A stretch of DNA of 64,000 nt from an uncultured Thiotrichaceae bacterium (GCA_964531165.1 CAZHEA010000001.1:62835-126834), one strand, 5' to 3'; counted from the stretch's first letter, positions 47,504-60,393 are shown. Numbers and translations are program-made. Notes: a model not told the origin generated them from the sequence alone.

Positions 47504-48091
47504 TTAGATCTTCTCAAGATTGGCTAAAAGATTATTAACTATTTGAGCTAATCCATCCTTATCCGGATTCATTCGATTATATACCTGTAGTCCAAAAATC
47601 CCACTCATTAACATTTTCGCTATTGCTTCTGGTCTTCCACCCGATATTAAGGTTCCCTGTGTTTGAGCCAGTTTTAGTACATCACTGAACTCACGTTCTA
47701 TTTTAGTAAACATGGTACTCACTCGATGGTTTATTTCACTATCATCCGGTGCTATTTCTAGCAGGGTATTAACCAGTAAGCAGCTCTTCAGGTCTTTATC
47801 TTCATTTTTCTGGCTTAGTATAAAATCAAAAAACAGTCGTATTCTTTTAAGTGGTGCTTCTTCAGACTGCAGAATACAACGCATAGCTGTGTACAAATGC
47901 TCAAAATAATAATCAAGCGACATAAGAAATAAATTTCGCTTATTTTTAAAAGCGCCATATAGGCTGCCAGGCTGCAGGTGAGTTGCACTACTTAGATCTT
48001 TTACCGATGTATTCGCATAGCCCTGTCTCCAGAATAATTGCATTGCACTGTCTAGTACATCTTCTTGATTAAATGTTATTGGTCGTGCCAT
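47504..48091 (-). CDS. TetR-family transcriptional regulator
   Basis: N-terminal HTH (GYANTSVKDLSSATHLQPGSLYGAFKNKRNLF), 195 aa. Divergent from the AhpD-like gene. Confidence 0.85.
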   Translation of the reverse strand: MARPITFNQEDVLDSAMQLFWRQGYANTSVKDLSSATHLQPGSLYGAFKNKRNLFLMSLDYYFEHLYTAMRCILQSEEAPLKRIRLFFDFILSQKNEDKDLKSCLLVNTLLEIAPDDSEINHRVSTMFTKIEREFSDVLKLAQTQGTLISGGRPEAIAKMLMSGIFGLQVYNRMNPDKDGLAQIVNNLLANLEKI

Positions 48092-48130
48092 AGCGATTCC
48101 AGATATATTTATTAACTATTCTACCAATAG

Positions 48131-48180
48131 TTGAATAATTGCTCAATAATGTTTATTATATTTGAACAATCATTCAATAA
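48131..48180. promoter_or_regulatory. Two related 19-bp inverted-repeat sites, candidate TetR operators
   Basis: TTGAATAATTGCTCAATAA (48131-48149) and TTGAACAATCATTCAATAA (48162-48180) are identical at 15/19 positions and 31 bp apart. The second abuts the GGAG RBS of the AhpD-like gene. Confidence 0.45.
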
Positions 48181-48191
48181 TGGAGTAAAAT

Positions 48192-48749
48192 ATGACCTCA
48201 TTTCCTGTATTAAACCTTGATAGCGCGCCCTCTAAATCTAAAGATCTTCTACAGCAAACACAAGATAATTTTGGATTCATACCTAATTTAATAGGTGTAA
48301 TGGCTACATCGCCTGCGCTAACTGAAGCCTATCTCAGTGTTGCAAATATTTTTTCAAAATCGAACTTAAGTGCAACAGAACAACAAATTGTTTTACTGAC
48401 TGTGAGCTTTTTTCACGAATGCGGATATTGTATGGCAGCCCATACCGCTATTGCCGGAATGAATAATGTTGATTCTACCGTAGTGAGTGCTATCCGTGAC
48501 AACCTGATATTAGATGACACAAAACTTGAGGCTTTACGTCAATATACTCGAAGTCTTATTGAGAAGAGAGGCTGGGTAGATGATATAGACACGCAGACTT
48601 TTTTAGACGCAGGATATGAGACAAAACATATACTGGATATTCTAGTGGGTATTGCGCAGAAAACCCTCAGTAACTTTACCAATCATATTGCTAAAACACC
48701 ATTGGATGATGCATTTGCTGAAGTCGCCTGGAAAGCCCCAGGTAAATAA
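48192..48749 (+). CDS. Carboxymuconolactone decarboxylase / AhpD-like peroxidase-family protein
   Basis: ECGYCMAAH CxxC-H motif typical of the AhpD core. Confidence 0.75.
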   Translation: MTSFPVLNLDSAPSKSKDLLQQTQDNFGFIPNLIGVMATSPALTEAYLSVANIFSKSNLSATEQQIVLLTVSFFHECGYCMAAHTAIAGMNNVDSTVVSAIRDNLILDDTKLEALRQYTRSLIEKRGWVDDIDTQTFLDAGYETKHILDILVGIAQKTLSNFTNHIAKTPLDDAFAEVAWKAPGK

Positions 48750-48845
48750 GTTAATAGTTAGCGCAGAAAAACGTCAATTCAAGATTAAATTAAACTTCAA
48801 TAACGTACTATTTAATCGCGTTTTTCTGCACTTTAAACAAATATT

Positions 48846-51278
<2,433 letters not shown>

Positions 51279-51448
51279 CTATAAACAGGATTTCGATTAT
51301 AACTGAATTACGTACTTTAAGGGGGTTTTATAAGGGTTTTTTAACTTTATTTAGACAATCTAACAATCTTATAATGGTGTGATTTAACTGGATTTTTTAG
51401 ATATCCTGTGATGTTTTCATGGCTCGGATTTCACTTATGATAACTAAT

Positions 51449-52516
51449 CTATATTTCACGAACCTGACCCTGTTCCACGTGGAACACTTTATAGCTCTTC
51501 CAGTTATCACATGCAATTTGATTAGCCTCAATTGCAGTGATAAATATCTGTATATCGAGATTTGAGAGAATACTCAATATTTTATTTTGATTATCCAGAT
51601 CAAGCTCTGCGGGTAAATCATCAAACAATAGAATACATCGTCTTTTGGATTTCTTAGAGAAAAGTATAAGTTGCGCAATTTTAAGCAAGCAAACCAATTT
51701 TTTCTGTTGTCCTCGAGATATAGACGATTGTGCAGATAAACCATCCACTGTTATTTTAATATCTGCACGATGTGGCCCGGACTGAGTAAAACCTTTTTCT
51801 CGATCTTTAATTAAACTTTGACTAAGGTAAGCAGAGAAATCAATATCCGCAGGCCAGCCTTGTTTATAACTAAGTGATATCTGGTGATCAGGGAATAACA
51901 CTGAAGATAACTCTGAAACAATGTCATTTATTAAGTTTAAGTATTTAAGCCTATAACTTTGTATGTTTAACGCATTGAGTATCAGCTCTTTATCCCAAAG
52001 CGAACATAATTTATCAGATTGGTGTAATCGTAATGCTGCATTACGCTGGCTTAGGGCTTTTTTATATTTTTTCCATGATTCTATAAATTGGTGTTCCACG
52101 TGGAACACACCCCAGTCCATATATTGTCTCCTGTTTTCAGGGCCTGCAGAAATGAGTTGATGGCTATCAGGATGTAAAACTAAAACAGGGAGGAGGCTAG
52201 AAAGTTCTGAAATACGGTAGATTGACTGGTTATTAACTCTTATAACCTGTTCTTTAAGATCACGTTGTAGTCCAATTCGAGTTGATTCATCATCTAAGTC
52301 ACAAACCAGGCGAAAAAGATTCTGTTCATAAGTGATTAAATGTCTAGTTTTAGCGCTACGAAAGGAACGACCATAACTAAGATAAAATATAGATTCAAGC
52401 AAACTGGTTTTACCAGCAGCATTATCACCTGTAATTAAATTCAAGCAGGCATTCGGTTCTATATGAACCGAACTTAAATTGCGGAAATCAGTAACTTTAA
52501 GGCTCTTTAAGCCCAT
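51449..52516 (-). CDS. recF: DNA replication/repair protein RecF
   Basis: Walker A GDNAAGKTSLLE, signature SRGQQK, Walker B LLFDDL. Confidence 0.93.
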   Translation of the reverse strand: MGLKSLKVTDFRNLSSVHIEPNACLNLITGDNAAGKTSLLESIFYLSYGRSFRSAKTRHLITYEQNLFRLVCDLDDESTRIGLQRDLKEQVIRVNNQSIYRISELSSLLPVLVLHPDSHQLISAGPENRRQYMDWGVFHVEHQFIESWKKYKKALSQRNAALRLHQSDKLCSLWDKELILNALNIQSYRLKYLNLINDIVSELSSVLFPDHQISLSYKQGWPADIDFSAYLSQSLIKDREKGFTQSGPHRADIKITVDGLSAQSSISRGQQKKLVCLLKIAQLILFSKKSKRRCILLFDDLPAELDLDNQNKILSILSNLDIQIFITAIEANQIACDNWKSYKVFHVEQGQVREI

Positions 52517-52541
52517 AGTAAAACCAGTTTAAATCTTATGA

Positions 52542-53642
52542 CTACAAACGCATCGGCATAATAACGTATTTTGCTTCACCTTCATCGGGAAACATTAGCA
52601 AACAACTACTATTTGCATCCTTAATAAAACCTTGTACTGTTTCTTCAGAAGAAGTATTTAATACATCAATCATGTAATTTACGTTAATACCCATTTCAAT
52701 CGGATTACCTTCATAACTAATTTCTAACTCAACATCCGCTTCTTCCTGGTCGGGATTTTGTGCCTGGAGTTTTAATAAGTTCGTTTCAATGATCATCCGA
52801 ATACCACGGTATTTCTCATTTGATAAGATAGAAGCACGTACCAATGCCTGCTTTAACGCTTCTCGATTAAGTACCATATTATTGCCGGAAGACTCAGGCA
52901 TCACCCGTTTGTAATCGGGAAAACGACCATCAATTAATTTTGAAGTAAATCGTTGGTTCGCTAAACTACATTGAATATGGTTATTACCAAGTATAATTTT
53001 AATTTCATCATCTGAATCAGAAAGTAGACGTTGTAACTCACTTACACCTTTTCTCGGAATAATAACCTGTTTATTATCTGTTAAATCCGCATCAATATTT
53101 TTTTCACAAAAAGATAATCTATGCCCATCTGTAGCAACCGTTCTAATAATGCCAGAAGCGACTTCTAACATTAAACCATTCAAATAATAACGAACATCCT
53201 GTTGAGCCATTGCAAAAGATGTTTTATCAATAAGTGTTTTCAAAAGTGATTGAGGAACACTAAATTCATAAACACTGCTAATATCTTCTAAAGAAGGGAA
53301 GTCAGAAGCAGGTAGTGTAGTTAAACTAAAGCGACTCCGACCGGATTTTATTAATGCTTTATCTCCATTAACCTCAATATTAATTTCAGCATCTGCTGGT
53401 AAGGCCTTACAAATATCGAGCAGTTTTTTAGCCGGTAAGGTAATTTCACCTGCCTCATCCATCATATGATTTACGGTAGAAACCAGTTCAATTTCCAGAT
53501 CTGTAGTTGTTAAAGTGAAATGATTATCATTAGACTTAATTAATACATTAGCCAGAGCAGGTAATGTCTGACGTTTTTCAACCGCGCCTATAACCTGTTG
53601 AAGTGGTATTAATAAATCATCTCTCTGGATTTTTATCTTCAT
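52542..53642 (-). CDS. dnaN: DNA polymerase III beta sliding clamp
   Basis: 366 aa. MKIKIQRDDLLIPLQQVIGAVEKRQTLPALANVLI... ending ...YVIMPMRL. Confidence 0.96.
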   Translation of the reverse strand: MKIKIQRDDLLIPLQQVIGAVEKRQTLPALANVLIKSNDNHFTLTTTDLEIELVSTVNHMMDEAGEITLPAKKLLDICKALPADAEINIEVNGDKALIKSGRSRFSLTTLPASDFPSLEDISSVYEFSVPQSLLKTLIDKTSFAMAQQDVRYYLNGLMLEVASGIIRTVATDGHRLSFCEKNIDADLTDNKQVIIPRKGVSELQRLLSDSDDEIKIILGNNHIQCSLANQRFTSKLIDGRFPDYKRVMPESSGNNMVLNREALKQALVRASILSNEKYRGIRMIIETNLLKLQAQNPDQEEADVELEISYEGNPIEMGINVNYMIDVLNTSSEETVQGFIKDANSSCLLMFPDEGEAKYVIMPMRL

Positions 53643-53658
53643 GGGTGTTCCTAATTAT

Positions 53659-53873
53659 TATATATATATTAATACTTAGTTATTATAGTTAAGCCCGTTA
53701 CTATCTGTGGATAACTTAATTATTATAAATAAATTCAATAACTTACCTAGTTAAATTCAAATGAACAAGCTTGGGGAAAATACCCCTTAAAATGTAGACA
53801 GAATGTGGATAACTTTAATCTGCCTATTTATCCACACTACTATACAATATTTATCCACAGCTTATTTTCATGC
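53659..53873 (+). repeat. Copy A of a roughly 215-bp DnaA-box module (dnaA-dnaN spacer)
   Basis: TATATATAT run, TATAGTTAAGCC, a TGTGGATAA box, 98 bp, a TGTGGATAA box, 47 bp, then TTATCCACAGCTT. Collinear with copy B upstream of dnaA. Confidence 0.7.
53706..53859. promoter_or_regulatory. Four perfect consensus DnaA boxes between dnaA and dnaN
   Basis: TGTGGATAA at 53706-53714 and 53804-53812. TTATCCACA at 53828-53836 and 53851-53859. Confidence 0.85.
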
Positions 53874-53888
53874 TAATGCACAGCAAGT

Positions 53889-55256
53889 TTAATTACTTAA
53901 AATACGTAATAAATTGGTATAGTCTTCATCTATTTTGGTATCTGATTCTCGTAATTCTGCAATTTTCCGACAACCATGTAAAACAGTTGTATGATCTCGT
54001 CCACCAAATGCATTGCCAATTTCCGGTAAACTGTGATTAGTCAGTTCTTTAGATAAAGCCATTGCAAGTTGACGGGGTCGTGTAATAGATCGACTACGGC
54101 TATTGGAATGCAAATCTGAAATTCTTATTTTATAATATTCCGCCACCGTTTTTTGTATATTTTCAATCGTAATTAAACGATCATGCAGGGCAATTAAATC
54201 ACGTAAAGTCTCTTTGGCAAACTCAAGAGTAATTGGTTTTCCGGTAAAATTAGACGTTGCCATAACGCGTCGTAGTGAGCCTTCTAATTCACGAATATTA
54301 GAACGAATCCGTTTAGCGATAAAAAATGCGACTTCACTGGGTAAGTCAATACCAAATTCTTCGGCTTTCTTTTGTAAAATTGCAACACGTGTTTCTAATT
54401 CAGGAGGCTCTATGCACACTGGTAAACCCCAGCCAAAACGGGATTTCAAGCGTTCTTCCAGGCCATCAATTTCTTTCGGATAGCGATCACAGGTTAAAAT
54501 GATTTGCCTGCCACCTTCGAGTAATGCATTAAATGTATGAAAAAACTCTTCCTGAGAACGTTCTTTACCGGCAAAAAATTGAATATCATCAATCAAAAGC
54601 ATATCAAGTGAACGATAAAAGTTTTTAAATTCGTCCATAGTATTATGCTGTAAGGCTTTTATCATATGGGTTACAAAGCGTTCTGAATGAAGATAGACGA
54701 TACGTGCCTGAGGATTTTTCTGTAGAACCTTATTTCCTACCGCATGCATCAAATGGGTTTTACCTAAACCCACTCCACCATATAAAAATAACGGGTTATA
54801 TGATCCTGCAGGATTTTCTACTACCTGCAATGATGCCGCTTTAGCCAGTTGATTACTTTTACCTTCGACAAAATTATTAAATGTAAAACCAATATTCAGA
54901 TTATGTTCAAGTAGTTCATTTGATGGTTTTGGTTTACCTGGTGGTTGTATAGAGCTGGGAACAGTAACGGGTTTAGATGAGTTAATTGTTGCTTTAAATT
55001 CTGGCCTGGGGTTTTTACTACCAATATCTAATATAACGGAAATGTCATTATTTGTATCTATTTGTTGACAAATAGTGGTTATTTGTTGCAAAAAGTGCTG
55101 TTTAACCCAGTCCAATACAAAGCTATTTGGAGCAAATAGAAATAGTTGATTATTTGATTCTTCAGTTTGTAAAGGTCGAATCCAGGTATTCAATTGTTGA
55201 TCCGAAAGCTCTTGCTCCAGTCGTTGTAAACACTGATCCCACAAAGCAGTCGACAC
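53889..55256 (-). CDS. dnaA: Chromosomal replication initiator DnaA
   Basis: AAA+ motifs ([21 protein letters not shown]) and the C-terminal DNA-binding helix ([15 protein letters not shown]). Confidence 0.97.
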   Translation of the reverse strand: MSTALWDQCLQRLEQELSDQQLNTWIRPLQTEESNNQLFLFAPNSFVLDWVKQHFLQQITTICQQIDTNNDISVILDIGSKNPRPEFKATINSSKPVTVPSSIQPPGKPKPSNELLEHNLNIGFTFNNFVEGKSNQLAKAASLQVVENPAGSYNPLFLYGGVGLGKTHLMHAVGNKVLQKNPQARIVYLHSERFVTHMIKALQHNTMDEFKNFYRSLDMLLIDDIQFFAGKERSQEEFFHTFNALLEGGRQIILTCDRYPKEIDGLEERLKSRFGWGLPVCIEPPELETRVAILQKKAEEFGIDLPSEVAFFIAKRIRSNIRELEGSLRRVMATSNFTGKPITLEFAKETLRDLIALHDRLITIENIQKTVAEYYKIRISDLHSNSRSRSITRPRQLAMALSKELTNHSLPEIGNAFGGRDHTTVLHGCRKIAELRESDTKIDEDYTNLLRILSN

Positions 55257-55421
55257 GAAATAAATTCCCCAGTAAATGTTAGATAACTCAAGATTTAACT
55301 TAAATTTAAAAATCAGCTAAATCTTGAATTTGGTAAACCTGATATTTTAACCTGCTACAAATTAACACAAAACTATTATTTCGAATAGCAGGTAAATTAA
55401 ACTGGGGGCTTATATAATTAG

Positions 55422-55636
55422 TATATATATATAAAGATTAATAGTTATAGTTAAGCCGCCTTAAATCTGTGGATAACTAAAATAAATACTTTATAATCAA
55501 TAGGTTAAATAGATATATTGATAGGGGTAACATTGGGATAAGCTATTTGAAACGCGTATACAGATTGTGGATAACTTGTGGTGTGGAATTTATTCAGTAG
55601 TTATACAAGAGTTGTCCACAGCTTTTGTATAAATGC
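55422..55636 (+). repeat. Copy B of the roughly 215-bp DnaA-box module (dnaA-rpmH spacer)
   Basis: Same element order and box spacing (98 bp, then 46 bp) as copy A. Same orientation. Confidence 0.7.
55468..55620. promoter_or_regulatory. DnaA box cluster upstream of dnaA (candidate oriC / dnaA autoregulation)
   Basis: TGTGGATAA at 55468-55476 and 55566-55574. One-mismatch TTGTCCACA at 55612-55620. Degenerate TGTGG repeats at 55577-55590. AT-rich flanks. Confidence 0.8.
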
Positions 55637-55805
55637 AGTCGTTTATGTCTGTGTATTTTGTTATAGACCGATTATATTTGAGTTCCATTATCAGGAAACA
55701 TCAACTAGTTCGTATTTATATCTGCAATATGGATTCCATATTCCCTGAATTTTCATTTAAATGCAGCTTCAGGTTAAAACAAATAAAAATTATTAACATA
55801 TTGCT

Positions 55806-55834
55806 TTGACTACCGTTGCTTCAGCGATTAGAAT
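55806..55834 (+). promoter_or_regulatory. Sigma70-type promoter for rpmH-rnpA
   Basis: TTGACT (55806-55811), a 17-nt spacer, then TAGAAT (55829-55834). About 40 nt upstream of the rpmH ATG. Confidence 0.6.
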
Positions 55835-55874
55835 ATATGCCCCAATTTTTCAAGATTAATTTAGGTTTAGACCA

Positions 55875-56009
55875 ATGAAAAGAACATTTCAACCAAGTCG
55901 CATTAAACGCGCACGTACCCATGGTTTTCGCGCGCGCAGCCGTACTGTTGGTGGTCGTAAAGTATTAAAAGCTCGTCGTGCAAAAGGTAGAGCACGTCTG
56001 TCTGCATAA
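55875..56009 (+). CDS. rpmH: 50S ribosomal protein L34
   Basis: Below the ORF-track size cutoff. Hand translation gives [44 protein letters not shown], 44 aa. Confidence 0.97.
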   Translation: MKRTFQPSRIKRARTHGFRARSRTVGGRKVLKARRAKGRARLSA

Positions 56010-56082
56010 TTTCATTCTTAGTTAAGCTTAAGCGGTCAAATGCTTGATTGGTTAAAAGCTTACTAAAAATGAATTTAGAATA

Positions 56083-56517
56083 ATGACTGATAACAGGGCC
56101 TGTTTTTCAAGGCAGGTCCGTTTACTTAAAGCAGATGAATTTAGTCGGGTTTTTAAAAACCCGGTGCGTTCCAGTGATCGTTATCTAACCATTCTAGCCA
56201 TATCCAGATTGCAGGTTAATACGGATATAGCTGAGTCACCTATAGATATACAAGCTAATGGGCTGGATTCAAGTCCGCGTTTAGGGCTGGCTATTTCTAA
56301 AAAAAATGCTAAACGAGCTGTAGACCGTAATCGCATAAAGCGAATAATTCGGGAAAGTTTTCGACTGAATTGTCAAAACTTGCCTGCTATCGATCTGGTG
56401 GTAATGGCGAAACCCAATACAAAACATGCGGATAATCCACAAATATTTAATTCTTTAGAACAGCACTGGATTAAGTTAATTCAGCAGTTTCAGCCTGAAA
56501 ATAGCAGGAATGATTAA
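56083..56517 (+). CDS. rnpA: RNase P protein component
   Basis: [12 protein letters not shown]... and the RNR motif ([18 protein letters not shown]). Carries an extra roughly 20-aa insert compared with the typical roughly 120-aa proteins. Confidence 0.9.
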   Translation: MTDNRACFSRQVRLLKADEFSRVFKNPVRSSDRYLTILAISRLQVNTDIAESPIDIQANGLDSSPRLGLAISKKNAKRAVDRNRIKRIIRESFRLNCQNLPAIDLVVMAKPNTKHADNPQIFNSLEQHWIKLIQQFQPENSRND

Positions 56518-56545
56518 TGTATCGTCGGAATCATCAAAAATAGTC

Positions 56546-56785
56546 ATGCGCAGAATTTTTATCGGGCTCATCCGTTTCTATCAGTACGTAATTAGTCCGT
56601 ACATACCTCCTCATTGTAGATATACTCCCACCTGTTCTACATATGCAGTTGAAGCCATAAGCCGATTTGGTATATTGCATGGCGGTTGGTTAGCGTTACG
56701 TCGAATCGGGCGTTGCCACCCCTGGCGCAAAGGCGGATATGATCCGGTTCCCGAACATACGCATAAAACTGAATGTAAACATTAA
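56546..56785 (+). CDS. yidD: Membrane protein insertion efficiency factor YidD
   Basis: [12 protein letters not shown]...[15 protein letters not shown]...GRCHPW..GGYDPVP. The ORF opens at 56510, but the ATG at 56546 gives the usual length. Confidence 0.9.
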   Translation: MRRIFIGLIRFYQYVISPYIPPHCRYTPTCSTYAVEAISRFGILHGGWLALRRIGRCHPWRKGGYDPVPEHTHKTECKH

Positions 56786-56824
56786 TTATATTAAACACGA
56801 TTATTAAACGTCATCAGGATATCA

Positions 56825-58465
56825 ATGGAAAACCAACGTACCGTATTATACCTCGCTTTCTTTTTTACGCTGTTTTTACTCTATCAGCAGTGGGAAAAAA
56901 CCTATGGCCCACAGCCGATAGACACACAGATTGAACAGGTATTTGATACGTCGGCTACAATTCCCGATGCAGATAATTCATCATTGCCATCTGCAGATAT
57001 TCCATCAGCAAATAATGCAGTTTCAGCTCCTCTGGTGAGTGAAGATGTTAACGCTTCACGTCAGAACGTTCATGTGGTTACAGATTTACTTGATTTAATG
57101 ATTGATACCCGGGGCGGCACTATTTATCAGCTGGACTTACGGGACTATCAGAAAAGTGCAGAACAGATAGATGCTCCTTTTCGCTTATTTTCAAGCAGTG
57201 AAAGTGACTATCATATTGCTCAATCAGGTCTGATCTCCTATGCACAAAAAGCCCCTAGTCATAATGATATTTATCAGGTTGAGAAAACTGAATATCGTCT
57301 GGAAGAAGGCACCGATGAACTGAAAGTTACATTACACTGGCAACAAGATGGTATCAGTGTAAATAAAATTTTTATTTTTCATCGTAATAGCTACGTTATT
57401 GATGTTGAACATGTTGTTAATGGTGATGACTGGAGTGGTCAGGAATATCGTCAACTATCCCGATCTTTACAGGAACGTAAATCAACAATGATTCCAACCT
57501 ATGTAGGTGGAGTGGTATTTAATGATGAGATTAAATATGAAAAAGTAGATTTTGATGATATTGAATCACAAAACTTTAATGCAGACATGAAAGGTGGCTG
57601 GATTGCGATGATTCAGCATTATTTCCTCGCTGCCTGGGTGCCAGATCAAAATGAAACAAATAAGGCATATACCAAATACTCTGCTAGCAGTGGTCGATAT
57701 ATATTAGGTTTGAAATCTACGGTAGAAAATGCCAGTCCACAGACTCCTGCCGTATTTAAAAGTCAGTTAGTCGTTGGTCCTAAATTACAGGATAGATTGG
57801 AAAAAATTGCACCGGGTTTAGAATTAACCGTTGATTATGGTGTGCTCACGATATTGGCAAAACCACTGTTCTGGTTATTAAAGTTTTATCACACTATGTT
57901 TGATAACTGGGGCTGGGCCATTATCTTTTTAACGATTACGGTGAAAGCTGCCTTTTACTGGTTATCCGCAAAAGGTTATCGTTCAATGGCGCGTATGCGT
58001 AAAGTTGCGCCGCGTATGGCAACTTTGAAAGAGCGCTATGGTGATGACCGTCAGCGTATGTCATCTGAAATGATGAAAATGTATAAAGAAGAGAAAATTA
58101 ACCCCCTCGGTGGTTGTTTCCCTATTTTGATACAGATACCGGTTTTCATTGCACTGTACTGGGTGTTGTTAGAATCAGTAGAAATGCGTAATGCGCCATT
58201 TGCACTGTGGATTCAGAACTTATCTGAACAGGATCCCTATTATATTCTGCCCGTCTTAATGGGTGCGACAATGTTTATTCAGCAAAAACTGAACCCCGCG
58301 CCAGTTGATCCGGTACAGCAGAAAGTATTCCAGTTTATGCCGTTTGTATTTACTATTTTCTTCCTGTTCTTCCCGGCGGGTCTGGTACTTTACTGGGTAG
58401 TTAATAATACACTATCGATTATTCAGCAGTGGCTGATTACCCGTACAATCGAATCTGAAAAGTAG
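56825..58465 (+). CDS. yidC: Membrane protein insertase YidC
   Basis: 546 aa. N-terminal TM, a large periplasmic domain and the conserved C-terminal core (NPLGGCFPILIQIPVFIALYWVL, PAGLVLYWVVNN). Confidence 0.96.
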   Translation: MENQRTVLYLAFFFTLFLLYQQWEKTYGPQPIDTQIEQVFDTSATIPDADNSSLPSADIPSANNAVSAPLVSEDVNASRQNVHVVTDLLDLMIDTRGGTIYQLDLRDYQKSAEQIDAPFRLFSSSESDYHIAQSGLISYAQKAPSHNDIYQVEKTEYRLEEGTDELKVTLHWQQDGISVNKIFIFHRNSYVIDVEHVVNGDDWSGQEYRQLSRSLQERKSTMIPTYVGGVVFNDEIKYEKVDFDDIESQNFNADMKGGWIAMIQHYFLAAWVPDQNETNKAYTKYSASSGRYILGLKSTVENASPQTPAVFKSQLVVGPKLQDRLEKIAPGLELTVDYGVLTILAKPLFWLLKFYHTMFDNWGWAIIFLTITVKAAFYWLSAKGYRSMARMRKVAPRMATLKERYGDDRQRMSSEMMKMYKEEKINPLGGCFPILIQIPVFIALYWVLLESVEMRNAPFALWIQNLSEQDPYYILPVLMGATMFIQQKLNPAPVDPVQQKVFQFMPFVFTIFFLFFPAGLVLYWVVNNTLSIIQQWLITRTIESEK

Positions 58466-58485
58466 ATTTCGTCTATCTCATTGCT

Positions 58486-58513
58486 CTCCTATGCTTTTAA
58501 TAGTGCATAGGAG
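58486..58513 (+). terminator. Hairpin after yidC (no U-tract)
   Basis: CTCCTATGC-N10-GCATAGGAG, a perfect 9-bp stem 21 nt after the stop. Confidence 0.3.
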
Positions 58514-58593
58514 GCAATTAAAATTAATGTAAAATATTCCATTTAGAATAGATAGACTTTTGCATTTTCAGCAAGCCCAAGTAAACTCCCTCC

Positions 58594-59946
58594 ATGAGTA
58601 TCTCAAATTGTGAAACTATTGCAGCAATAGCTACGGCCCCCGGCAGAGGTGGTGTCGGCATAGTAAGGGTATCCGGCCCGGGAAGTGCTGAAATAGCAGA
58701 AAATATACTCGGCAAAATTCCAGCCATTCGGCGTGCAGAATACCTGGCTTTCAAAGATGAAAAAAATGATGTCATAGATACTGGCATCGCAATCTATTTC
58801 CAACATCCAAACTCCTTTACCGGTGAAGATATATTAGAACTACAGGCTCACGGTGGTCCGGTGGTCCTTGATATGATATTGAATCGGGTTTTAAAACTCG
58901 GTGCTCGACCAGCCCGAGCAGGGGAGTTTAGCGAGCAAGCATTTTTAAATGATAAAATGGATTTAGCCCAGGCGGAAGCGGTGGCCGATTTAATTGAAGC
59001 TGAATCAGCGGAAGCGGCAAAAGCTGCAGTCAGATCATTACAGGGAGAATTTTCTGGAAATATAACCGCATTAGTGGAAAGCTTAATCGAGCTGCGGTTA
59101 TATGTGGAAGCATCATTGGATTTTCCTGAAGAAGAAATTGATTTTCTCAGTGATGGAAAAGTTGAAGCTAAATTAACTAAAATTGAAGTGGCACTAGCTG
59201 ATGTTTTCAAATCAGCTCGTCAGGGAAGTTTATTGCGTGAAGGAATGACATTAGTGATTGCTGGACGACCCAACGCCGGAAAATCCAGTTTATTAAATCA
59301 ACTCGCAGGAAGAAACTCAGCAATTGTTACAGATATTCCCGGTACCACTCGTGATGTTTTACGTGAACATATTCAAATTGATGGTTTGCCATTACACGTT
59401 ATTGATACCGCAGGTTTACGTGAAAGTGATGACCCAGTAGAGCAGGAAGGTGTACGCCGGGCATGGCAGGAAATAGAACAGGCGGATCGAATTTTATTAC
59501 TGGTTGACGATACACATCGCAATGATGATCATCTGCAAATAGAAGATAAGCTTCCTGAGCATATAGGTGTAACTCGTATTTTTAATAAAATTGACAGCTC
59601 GGGACGAGCTGCAGAGCTGATAGAAAACGACTCGGAGACGGATATCGCTCTGAGTGCAAAAACTGGAGAAGGTATCGATATTTTAAAAAATCACCTTAAA
59701 CAATGCATGGGCTATGAGCAGAGTAATGAAGGTCGGTTTATGGCCAGACGGCGACATATTGATGCGTTGGAAAATGCAGATCAGCATTTACAAATGGGTC
59801 GTTATAATTTAATTGAGTTACAAGCCGGTGAGTTATTAGCGGAAGAGCTTCGTATGGCCCAGCAGAAATTGAATGAAATAACCGGTGAGTTTACATCGGA
59901 TGATCTATTAGGAAAAATATTTTCGAGTTTCTGTATCGGGAAATAA
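58594..59946 (+). CDS. mnmE: tRNA modification GTPase MnmE
   Basis: [22 protein letters not shown]-domain [20 protein letters not shown], and C-terminal FCIGK. Confidence 0.96.
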   Translation: MSISNCETIAAIATAPGRGGVGIVRVSGPGSAEIAENILGKIPAIRRAEYLAFKDEKNDVIDTGIAIYFQHPNSFTGEDILELQAHGGPVVLDMILNRVLKLGARPARAGEFSEQAFLNDKMDLAQAEAVADLIEAESAEAAKAAVRSLQGEFSGNITALVESLIELRLYVEASLDFPEEEIDFLSDGKVEAKLTKIEVALADVFKSARQGSLLREGMTLVIAGRPNAGKSSLLNQLAGRNSAIVTDIPGTTRDVLREHIQIDGLPLHVIDTAGLRESDDPVEQEGVRRAWQEIEQADRILLLVDDTHRNDDHLQIEDKLPEHIGVTRIFNKIDSSGRAAELIENDSETDIALSAKTGEGIDILKNHLKQCMGYEQSNEGRFMARRRHIDALENADQHLQMGRYNLIELQAGELLAEELRMAQQKLNEITGEFTSDDLLGKIFSSFCIGK

Positions 59947-59970
59947 CAAATAAGACACAGGTTAATAAAA

Positions 59971-60393
59971 ATGAAAATAGTAATTCAATGCCTAATTTTA
60001 ATGTTATCAGTAAATGTGCAGGCCATAAGTGCGCAAACCTATCAACCGCATAGTGGCGATAAAGAGCTGGATGAGACATTAATATCTATCCATAAAAATA
60101 TAAACAGAAAACATAAAAAAAAGTTAAGCCAGTTTGTAGATAAAGTTGCAGCAGATTTTCAGGTGCCGCCACAAAAAGTTGAAGAATTATTTAATCATTA
60201 TGAGTTTAATGCAGCGGATGTGCTCATGAGTGTATCCATCGCAGATGTTAGTGGTGAACCTTTGCAAAATATAGCAGGACTTTATTATAAAAACAAAGCC
60301 AGCGGATGGAAGTATACTTTAAAGCATTTAAATATTAATAATTCTTCAAAAGTTTTTTTACAAATTAAAAAAGATATGAAAATTGATTATTAA
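59971..60393 (+). CDS. Small exported protein, unknown function
   Basis: Signal peptide (LILMLSVNVQA), 140 aa. No family recognised. Confidence 0.4.
   Translation: MKIVIQCLILMLSVNVQAISAQTYQPHSGDKELDETLISIHKNINRKHKKKLSQFVDKVAADFQVPPQKVEELFNHYEFNAADVLMSVSIADVSGEPLQNIAGLYYKNKASGWKYTLKHLNINNSSKVFLQIKKDMKIDY

Noticed and set aside
51471-52108. The 16-bp perfect palindrome TGTTCCACGTGGAACA occurs twice inside recF (51471-51486, and 52092-52107 where it extends to 18 bp)
   Set aside because: Both copies encode the same pentapeptide VFHVE in the recF frame (WGVFHVEH and KVFHVEQ), at positions that align with conserved RecF segments. Identical codon choice for a repeated peptide explains the repeat, and the palindromic symmetry follows from GTG-TTC-CAC-GTG-GAA. 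I have no independent evidence for a binding site.
56200-56285. A roughly 20-residue insert (…[23 protein letters not shown]…) in RnpA
   Set aside because: This is probably a lineage-specific surface loop. The flanking conserved RnpA motifs are intact and in frame, so there is no sign of a frameshift or a mobile insertion.
58524-59210. Minus-strand ORFs 58524-58787, 58603-58806 and 58848-59210
   Set aside because: They are antisense to mnmE, which has unambiguous motifs. The translations are Ser/Ala-rich shadow products.
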